Shown: positions 54,701 to 59,990 of the stretch, in pieces
Layout of the letters: every line of letters starts with the position of its first letter
Numbering within the stretch: the stretch's first letter is position 1
NCBI GenBank assembly: GCA_035368605.1
Contig: DAOSLF010000010.1
Span: 766-64,765 of the forward strand
Direction of reading: 5' to 3'
DNA length: 64,000 bases
Source of the DNA: Candidatus Omnitrophota bacterium
GTDB taxonomy: Bacteria; Omnitrophota; Omnitrophia; Omnitrophales; Aquincolibacteriaceae
Translations under genes and position numbers: made by a program
Notes under the pieces: generated by a model
What the model was told of the DNA's origin: nothing
Database searches by the model: none
The model's input: the letters and a program-made list of their open reading frames with translations, nothing else

Positions 54701-57700
54701 CAACGTCGCGAGCTTCTCGAAGAGATCGTCCCGGTTCGCGACGACCGTGCCTTTACCGTCGATCACGAGAACAAGCTTGTGGCCGGAGATCGTCTGCACC
54801 ATCACCCGCCGGATCCCGGAACGGACGTTTTCCGTCACAAGCTTCCCGGATGAAAATCCGCTTTTGAGGAATTCGCCGAGAGACACGCCGGGTTCTTTCG
54901 AAAGATTTTCATCCTTCATCCCAACCCGAAATTCGGAACGCAGGTTGGAGTTTGCGGCATCCCGAGCCCCGAAACGGGAATCGAACGGATCACGGGACAT
55001 AAGCGGCAGGCTTCCGGCATAAACGTCTCCCGCACCGAAATCCACGGTCAAAAGATCCCCTTCACGCAACGCTCTTCCCCCGAACATCACGCTTCCGTCC
55101 CGGAGGACGTTAAGACCCTGCACGCTGACTACGGTGGGGATTTTGTCGTAGTTAGCTACCACCGCGGCATGCGAGGTCAACCCCCCTTGGGAAGTTAAAA
55201 GTATGAGCCTTTTTCCGAAGGCCCTGAGTATGCGATTGGCATTGATAAGGTCCGGAGAATCTTCGGGCGTCGGGAAAGCACTGACAAGGATCACGGCTTC
55301 CACCTTTTCCTGCCGGGCCATGCGTTCCACCAAATCTCCCCGAAGCACTTCGGAGGGTTTCAGCGCAACAATCCCCCGCAAGGCCCCCTCGTTCCCGTAG
55401 GCGACGTTGCCGTGTCCTTCCGGAGTCCGGGAAATTTTTTCATGGTCCAAAAGCGGAAAGTTTTCCGTGTTCCCGACCCTTTGATCATAGACCGTCTGGA
55501 GGAACCACGGCTTTCTGCTTTCAACGGTGAACTCCACCATTTGGGGAACACCAAAATATGCGGCCAAAAGACTGGTGCCGGCTTTTAAACTCTCATAAAC
55601 GCGGGAATCCATGGTCTCGATCGGCCGTGTCGGGACACGCCCCTGCATGTGGTTCATGCCCTGTGAAAAAGGAACCCATTCCCCGCCAAAAACCGGATCA
55701 CCCGAATAAGGGTCGTGGGATGTGGCAATCCCCGCGCCGGAATGTTCATCCCGATCCCCAAAAACATAGGCTTGCACGATCACGGGCGTTGCCCATGCGT
55801 CTGAAATGTTTTTTTCTTTCCGGTAGCGGCTTGCCTTGGAATTTCCCCAGGATTCAAAAATTTTCTCGATCAGAAAATAAAGCTGTTTGTGTACATCCTG
55901 ATGCAGGGCCTCAAACTCCTCTTTCACGCCATAATGGTCCATGATCCCATACGCTTCCCGCACCATTTCAGAAAGATCCGACTCCCGGAGATCTTCCCAT
56001 TTCAGGACTTTGCCATCGCCAAGGAATCGGTTCGCCAAAGCCTCGAATTCGTCATGCGGAACGCCCAAACTCGTAGCCATTGATTCCACAAAACCGAGAA
56101 AGGCCCTGTAACCGGATTTAGCGCCTCTCGTTTCCAGGACATACTCCAGAATCTCCGGAGTGAATCCCACCGCCACGGCCGTTTCAAAAATCCCCGGCAT
56201 GATAAAGACAGCCCCGGAACGGACCGCGAGAAAAAGAGGCTCGCCATCTTCCCTGAGCAGAGGGGTCGGGGCCATGCCATAGCGGACAGGGTGCCCCTTC
56301 TTTCCAGACCATTCTTCTTCGAGTCTTCGGAGATGTTTTTTGATGGCTGTCTGGAACTGCTCCGGAAATTGCTTGTAAAAACGATACCGCCCGACATAGG
56401 AGGGGATCACAAAAGCGCTCGGAACCGGAAGTCCCAGGGAATTCATCCTCATCAGGTAGGTCCCTTTGCCGCCATAGGTTTTTCTTTCGTGTTGCCGGTA
56501 GTCGTAATGAGAATCCCGGTAATCATCAATGTGGGCGATCTCCCCGAACGGATCCTGTTCTTTTTGCCTGATAAAATTCCGGTGCGCCTCGGGGTTAACC
56601 GGTTTATCGGGATTCTGGTTCACCTGGACCTGCGTTCTGCTTTTGAGTTGTTCGAGAAGATCGATGGCAGCCACCGAGGCGAATTTTTCCTTGCGGATCA
56701 GGGCAATGGCACGTTCGTGCCTTTCATGGTCTTCGCCGTAAAGGAATTTTCCGGCCAGATGATATTGGGAAATCCACCGGGAGAATTCCCTCTGGATCCC
56801 TTTTTGCATGACATTGATCACATCCAGAAGTTGGCTATAACTCAGCTCCGAATCATTCAACAAATCGGACCACTGAGCCGCGTACCTTGTGATGAATCCG
56901 CTGTCAAACAGCTCGTCGGTCAGTTCCGCCATCAGCGTCAGCGCATCCTGAAAATCGGCGTCAGCCTCCCCCCATTCTTTCAGAAAGGTTCCGAGCGACA
57001 AACTCAACATTTGCCCCAAGGAACGGTCGATCACATAGAGCTTGTGCATAAGCAGGGGGTTATTCACGCTTTCCAGGATTTCTGTGACTGTCCGCCGCGC
57101 GGCAATGATTTTCCTTGTCCTTTCAAAAGAGGATTGATCATAAGCCTCCACAACAAGCTGTAGCGCTTTCTCCAGAGAGGGAAGCTCCTTGACGGTTTGG
57201 GTCTGAAGCCAGCGTTCAAAAAGGTCAGGCCTGGAAGTCCCTTCAAAAAGTGCGACCAGGGCCTGCTCCAATTGTCTGATTTGAGAATAAATTTCGTTCT
57301 TGTTCCGTCCGCCGTCGGTCATGGCAACCAGCTCGTCCCGAAGCTCCCGGTCCCGTTCCTCCAGAAAGAGCCGTTCGCGCTGGAGCCCGCCAGTGTCGCC
57401 CGTGTTCAGAAATTCCAGATAGGCCTGAACTTTGGAGAGTACCCCGTAAGAGAAAGAAGCCCCGTGAAGAGTCTGGCGGATTTCCGCCGCAAACTTGGTA
57501 CGCAATAATCGCTCGTCGAGATCCTCCGCAATTCCCCACAGAACGCTCCTGAGATCGAAGAAGGTATCGGCCGCCCCGTAGGGTAATGAGAGTACAAGCT
57601 CTTTAACAGGCCGTCTCAGGGATTTCGGGGTTTTAGCAAAAATCTGCGCGGCAAGGTTCCCGGACTGATCAACAAGATCGTCAGGATACTGTTCATAATC

Positions 57701-59710
57701 ACGCGAGTGGTTGAGGCGGAGCGTTTTTTTCTTTTCTCTCAAAAGAAGACTCAGCTGAAAGATCATATCCAGGTGGGCGCTCAGATCCTCCTGTTTCAGA
57801 ATCCACCGGATCACCGCAAACGCATCGCCCCAGGTTCTGATCTCCCGAAAATCCGGCGTATCTCCCCTCGCCTCGGAGCGTCGATGGGAAGAATCGGCAT
57901 CATCGGGACCGCTCCTTGTTTTCGAGTCCTGGAGAAATGCCGCGGGCGGCGATGCCTTGAGCCGGTCGACCCGATCGCCAACGGCATTCACGGCGGTTGT
58001 CACTTCTTTTGATCCGGAGCGAAAAGAAGCCGCGGCGGCGATAAAATTGCGGCGGACGGCGGCGACACCTTCCGGGGAAACCTGCCGGACGATCCCGGCA
58101 ACACGCTCGCCGGCCGCGGCAAAATCACGGTGCCAGGTCCGGGGAGACGTTTCCTGCCAAAACCGTATTTCGCTTCGGACTACGGGAGCCATGTGGGACT
58201 TCCCTGTCAATTCCTGTCCGAGCAGTGCGGCAAGATAGTTCTTCCGGGAATCTGCCGGAACCTCACCGATATGGGGCGTGATCCCGATGTAGGCATTGCC
58301 CGAACGCGTGATTCTCTCTTTAAGTCCGTCGGTGTGAAAACCGCCGGTAATAAGCACGGCCCTGGTCCGCTTGCGTTCTTTCATTCGCGCGAGAGACTTT
58401 TCCATCATGAAATCCTCGCGGCGAATCGCGCCGGCGTAGAATTCCAGCGCTGTTTGATAGAGGGTTTGCAAGGCGGGCGATACATCTGCCGCCAAATGTT
58501 CCGGAACGATTTTCCTCGAAACCACCTGCTGGTATTCTTCCCGGGAAAGCTCCAGATGAAAAAGTTTTTTGAGCAACAGATATTCCCGCAGCAACGCCAC
58601 GTGCCCGCGTTCGCTTTCGGTCCCGGTGGTCGCGACAACGATTTGCTTCGAAAGTTCCCGGATCTCTTGCTGCAGCGCCTCACCCTGAAGCTCGGACATG
58701 AGGACCAACTGCTGGATATGAAGGCGAAAGTTCGGATAAACGGCAAAAGAAAAATCGTTCGGCAAAGCGTCCATCATGCGTTCAAAGACAAACCGGGTTT
58801 CATAGACCGGAAGGGATCCGGTCTTCGCTGAGGCGAAAACCCGCTCCACCTCGCCCGCCACGGAGGATGAAAGGCCGGTTTCCGCAAAGAATTTCTTTTT
58901 CTCGATTTCGCTTTTGGCGAGGTCGATCCCGGCGCCCGCCTTTTTCAAACGGAAATAGCGGACCAGGGTCGGCCAGGCGACCTGTGCCGACGCGTCCAGA
59001 AGATCCAGATCCAGCGAGGAGAACGCCTTCTTCTTCAACGTTTCCAGCCAATCGGTGAGCGGACTTTGCCCTGTCTCGTAGGAAACATAACGGCTGAGGA
59101 ATTCCCGAAGGCCCTTATTCAAAACCGATGCGGCCTGGCCCTGCCACCGGAGATAAGCCTTGTCGAGAAAAGCGTTCCCGATCTCACGGCCTTTAAAAAC
59201 GGCCTTGAAAGCTTCGCGGTCCGCACGATACGCCGCAGCGTCTTCAACCCCCCAACCTTCTGCCCCTCGGGGCGCATCCATCAAAAAGACCTCCGCGCCG
59301 GTAAGTTCGCCGGCCTCCATCAACTTGCGATTTGCCTCGTGCTGCAATTTGGCGTCGGCGGGAAAAAAACGGAACAGCTTCGGTTCGAGCTTGTATCCGG
59401 CCCCTTCCATGAGAACCAGGTCAACGCCATAGTCCCTGGAAAGATACTGCAAAATACCCCGGATATTCTTTTGGGCGTCATAATTGGCGTGAGCTTCCTG
59501 AATATGGATCAGGACCGGTGATTGCGGAGCGGCCGGAATGATCTCATGCACTCGACCGAATGCGTCGGGGATTTTGAACGAGGAAACAAAAGAAGGCGCT
59601 TCCACACCCCGGGCATGGGCGAGCGGGGAAGGAGTCAGAGTGTTGGTCGCGAAGAAAGTGACAACAACGAAACCTGCCAGAAGTCTGTTAAGCTTCTTCA
59701 GAGAATACAT
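45782..59710 (-). CDS. giant 4642-aa multidomain protein. Order: N-terminal TM, shared ~450-aa His-motif domain, PEP-synthase/PPDK-type ATP-grasp + swivel-His dikinase module, internal TM block, REC-like + PilZ-like pair, GT35-like alpha-glucan phosphorylase region, ~1100-aa C-terminal region of unknown function.
   Basis: Single uninterrupted ORF with non-repetitive sequence. Domain motifs are listed in the findings. Confidence 0.8.
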   Translation of the reverse strand: MYSLKKLNRLLAGFVVVTFFATNTLTPSPLAHARGVEAPSFVSSFKIPDAFGRVHEIIPAAPQSPVLIHIQEAHANYDAQKNIRGILQYLSRDYGVDLVLMEGAGYKLEPKLFRFFPADAKLQHEANRKLMEAGELTGAEVFLMDAPRGAEGWGVEDAAAYRADREAFKAVFKGREIGNAFLDKAYLRWQGQAASVLNKGLREFLSRYVSYETGQSPLTDWLETLKKKAFSSLDLDLLDASAQVAWPTLVRYFRLKKAGAGIDLAKSEIEKKKFFAETGLSSSVAGEVERVFASAKTGSLPVYETRFVFERMMDALPNDFSFAVYPNFRLHIQQLVLMSELQGEALQQEIRELSKQIVVATTGTESERGHVALLREYLLLKKLFHLELSREEYQQVVSRKIVPEHLAADVSPALQTLYQTALEFYAGAIRREDFMMEKSLARMKERKRTRAVLITGGFHTDGLKERITRSGNAYIGITPHIGEVPADSRKNYLAALLGQELTGKSHMAPVVRSEIRFWQETSPRTWHRDFAAAGERVAGIVRQVSPEGVAAVRRNFIAAAASFRSGSKEVTTAVNAVGDRVDRLKASPPAAFLQDSKTRSGPDDADSSHRRSEARGDTPDFREIRTWGDAFAVIRWILKQEDLSAHLDMIFQLSLLLREKKKTLRLNHSRDYEQYPDDLVDQSGNLAAQIFAKTPKSLRRPVKELVLSLPYGAADTFFDLRSVLWGIAEDLDERLLRTKFAAEIRQTLHGASFSYGVLSKVQAYLEFLNTGDTGGLQRERLFLEERDRELRDELVAMTDGGRNKNEIYSQIRQLEQALVALFEGTSRPDLFERWLQTQTVKELPSLEKALQLVVEAYDQSSFERTRKIIAARRTVTEILESVNNPLLMHKLYVIDRSLGQMLSLSLGTFLKEWGEADADFQDALTLMAELTDELFDSGFITRYAAQWSDLLNDSELSYSQLLDVINVMQKGIQREFSRWISQYHLAGKFLYGEDHERHERAIALIRKEKFASVAAIDLLEQLKSRTQVQVNQNPDKPVNPEAHRNFIRQKEQDPFGEIAHIDDYRDSHYDYRQHERKTYGGKGTYLMRMNSLGLPVPSAFVIPSYVGRYRFYKQFPEQFQTAIKKHLRRLEEEWSGKKGHPVRYGMAPTPLLREDGEPLFLAVRSGAVFIMPGIFETAVAVGFTPEILEYVLETRGAKSGYRAFLGFVESMATSLGVPHDEFEALANRFLGDGKVLKWEDLRESDLSEMVREAYGIMDHYGVKEEFEALHQDVHKQLYFLIEKIFESWGNSKASRYRKEKNISDAWATPVIVQAYVFGDRDEHSGAGIATSHDPYSGDPVFGGEWVPFSQGMNHMQGRVPTRPIETMDSRVYESLKAGTSLLAAYFGVPQMVEFTVESRKPWFLQTVYDQRVGNTENFPLLDHEKISRTPEGHGNVAYGNEGALRGIVALKPSEVLRGDLVERMARQEKVEAVILVSAFPTPEDSPDLINANRILRAFGKRLILLTSQGGLTSHAAVVANYDKIPTVVSVQGLNVLRDGSVMFGGRALREGDLLTVDFGAGDVYAGSLPLMSRDPFDSRFGARDAANSNLRSEFRVGMKDENLSKEPGVSLGEFLKSGFSSGKLVTENVRSGIRRVMVQTISGHKLVLVIDGKGTVVANRDDLFEKLATLLPAGVTVTADPHDARNILFDGARIRWNDAGMLEDVLNQQMGARSEGRDFAGRRSVLRSVREKASLALTFAAVGLVAGAFLTTALVVAAGLAISGFFVSKRTVPVRKSEPKVTKIPNAALPAFDTRPSLEISPGLPSGEVLWSFSRKNFGEAQGSIAAFLEKQGVTREALLGTFVTFKPKARIAYTIMIDDNPARQGLWMVDSLSRQSGVRGIEDLEWLEISKQEETVSAVRRSELRDCLILASAMIFFVSVSAMIHRLVILPLRYRYQRLPGHILYREAIGRLDPAEAQDSQVLLALRHILGTSYLAPREIREKHYRERYQAWTRALAEATDASTIKRVLELLILGDIRDRVEGQVVYFTAEDLKYIPLMEEIVRILEAGDRNLGVSVRLDKENRRWDVRMREHRVHFEARPEVAAVLSTEIPGKTFPALKNVLVADGEPGISGFRQLVKELAPQAKVVSARIDSYNREELWKNLDKGPFDLALVNFDVASKREEWKTWTRKALSTATGKVQTPIILLSSHPENPLIEDLIRDRLVSGVIETPKAVIVNGRGEAAYLLSARHAQALSDFLTRQGFRFSMRSETRKAEQELGLDETLVFGAGEFRLVMDSPCEGGAYVLLQSQNTNISVDGKMISREGDGFDLYAGTPLTVTRGKGEEPVRIFLKDVGGSKITIEIESPEGMLFTVLDQTYRPRKDRKGQTMRDRDMDRLSRWFRATGQDARSEVRETPDVLRIRSMLETENRAGDVLAMARKSLEGDGFAALTVSGLIKTWMKSEPAESPLYQSSAWLNEQMAPWSEKLDAVKTGRNDQLLIEAVLAAALVLERDRDPRAAENRIRNVYEQFAAKNISSEVSAMLALAFVFADGASIALRQQYTLRYFRQFQRENYSPVESALATIHLLKTRIRAFEHGHRGIFGRFLNKRVSERIAALLTAAFYAQGREQFLTNDIFTGYTALLKEGYEDSQAAALTLIRTILGAWAMMKEKENIRALADRLTGLGDEFVRSEVREERPVRIMTRMWKKAPESAPGVFARSESRAWAKKPAELGKYTVVSRQLEAGLSRDILDRLIQKFGETIAGLVAATTVTGGLGALMHDLFPSWQKNFGRPKAKAYDAFTVNVIYDEIKGQRFAKDVPEEVKEGKRTLGDYLRDVLSEDPGLRLETFMEPGSEYRSGAEEWISRAEGIIADIDGRISGSGDANARAGLEAQKKDWTLYRKRLQQAREASDREIRIKVYPTETSVGGMPNFYVEAFYIDEYGAKVQIFDEVYPDAPYGGPNLWRDLQMAVYGRITELLTLKLQEKGLAKKKILFVDNEVFVSIPTPLLPDAIHHHMNHSVFEPTIYGPAAVSARLLGYAVSLWRYIVQKGKINVVKAIGMIFDMITGVALYEHTPAVAGGVAPGYVDIVDSYNGDGLRSTNGVLFEQWQSPLFRSLVDSYKRKLGMDEVDDRDFFAKLNDPARKAVLGEFQERFDVIKAYLTGRLMLWLKQSQNRPAWYDKAMEAYRRELGMESVDDAAVLGDLYRAIQVALVNENAWKDISGDTKIRVLRREFLKTAIVSNVRRQVSYKGPDKWREILYSLKADPAKLAWYKKHAARAILGGREFGQDAHDVFLEIQGLVKELGLEDKFATIENYNIEVAPILFQGDSATVMITYEVLEASATSMMKGLPNGAVLIMAWGGAGPELFTIVETATGREVDIFKEHVTYEQLVKNLHSKDWKITNGYLVEYSETGDRKFVLNTLDADGNIVEINARYPMAHSMIEALVNLQGRYQVPAERMNLEWEALRSSPLVDMEKSQARAHMKLWQKVIQKKERQQMIFAQSQLSPEQALRFLSQGEKDERAGFIWRTEKPEPLELAGPRVLDFIESSRLLRTHAAEGYRSVAYHAARGDIFGKIFFYLEPFRESLPMLYQEMVALKAQAESSANTLEKVRGNLAALRLLDLFVARLSEKILQGYLISRGEGYKELFRNALFRQNLYFYLESRGRKFGSLNQSLAGFAVEENGEKYIVALNLGEPKYPGVEGGEPKAWGQFYGEKVFEWLTGQTDPESKMAYEVSNVITGEIYGDGEDRKPYPFWALSRGALPIGVPEPDIQILRLRPTGEMALEGPQKQSQEMFIIDDLRALVSGDPKDQVRQQRSRGYWLKKTVIYLLRHDPENLKRRLKAISTLSRGKMVSELGFGSEGVRPVMAFIAGLIPEFLEDMRDWDPEVYHSLKAIMADPEMKDLFEKGDIFLNDASRDSAVVITRTVTERVDGTEQKRHVVIPIHFAKTPYNKEEGKVWFGLGSINRLGLLPGTVYKVRDWTANTVYEREHTLASLSREGWRVGVPVVKRKDPAGVQQSGWRFQVLQMIPVGINRPDAPVASGERPAAWSERSELRAVAQAAAKGMVTAAPAASFAVFFAGVLKYHARAELRNAAADEARVRKELEEVAASHPDEGVRKTAKLFLGHELVSGGRKGFEGLFRASRFLESLKPPVTVRAEARTSVKKAKGPSSAEKSRAALVTALEQKPDVELIRRYGAMNKRAIPEVVQDEIAAIVDRFETQFTLSKDDRAFLIVTIGEYAAAVEWAKKDEAAGETATFEKLYADSLVIKRGGREYPRDTEIGITVRGTKRVVRVSGRFIKENQDGIRTILEALVPPPAKTVQGMPPVISLKDLFGHNTERPLRPQEEIALALGVKLGLWKLEREGTGITVIPSVKTENESAAEAPLDGSAAPRAETRSTETRPQKIAGELRGLVTASGPVLTYKEFLLDHERLSGASERAMRAVTEKIMDGIVPLLAYSYEIKNIILENLAPVARVTAPVTVASWPEKFQSEFTVRMLRRSLGVKTLQANDALVLDPETAFKRGLVYVIRNVFGNIRTVVLTEDPADLGFLEKINARLRQANRPPILPAADLDEATRKLLDADRETGARGTSLNLKAMIFAGANNPQAALLAEQLKDNVVTIDQKMFRNFLNLAGLGVSQMVEQMQAEYLATARSA
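49200..51615 (-). other. GT35-like alpha-glucan phosphorylase region inside the 4642-aa protein
   Basis: Four GT35-type motifs in order: TGGLGALMHD (vs SGGLGVLAGDH), HHHMNHSVFE (vs HLNEGHAAF), EHTPAVAGG (vs THTPVPAGH), STNGVLFEQW (vs TNGVHxxTW). Confidence 0.5.
52675..53413 (-). other. REC-like (pseudo-receiver?) domain followed by PilZ-like c-di-GMP-binding domain inside the 4642-aa protein
   Basis: VLVADGEP ... FDLALVNFDV ... PIILLSSH (receiver-like). Then MRSETRK (RxxxR) and, 24 aa later, MDSPCEGGAYVLL (PilZ DxSxxG-like box). Confidence 0.4.
55000..56490 (-). other. PEP synthase/PPDK/rifampin-phosphotransferase-type dikinase module (ATP-grasp nucleotide-binding domain + phosphohistidine swivel domain) inside the 4642-aa protein
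   Basis: YGGKGTYLMRMNSLGLPVPSAFVI, LAVRSGAVFIMPGIFETAV, GIATSHDPYSGDPVFGGEWVPFSQGMNHMQGRVP, then LILLTSQGGLTSHAAVVANYDKIPTVV (TSH catalytic His). Confidence 0.75.
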
Positions 59711-59990
59711 AGCCTCAGCTTTTTTCCTTTTTGAACCGGATGAGAGAAAACTCCCCTAGAAAGTAACACAAACCTTTCAAATTTCAAGGCGTTAAAAAAG
59801 ATTTTATCAATCTTTGTTTTGTTATTTTCTTTTTAGCGCTTATTCGAGGGCTATTACTATTTTTTGCTATTTTTTACAATTTGCGACATCTGGTTTTTTA
59901 GTCAGCCGGTTTCTCCTGAAAGGCTTGATTATCGGGGGGCATCATGTTCCGGGTTGCTTCTCATGAATTTCTGGGCTATATATCTCAGAT

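Noticed and set aside
45782-59710. Giant ORFs as repetitive adhesins/RTX or Ig-like repeat proteins
   Set aside because: Neither translation shows tandem repeats, Gly/Asp-rich nonapeptides or cadherin/Ig periodicity. Instead they contain distinct enzymatic domain motifs.
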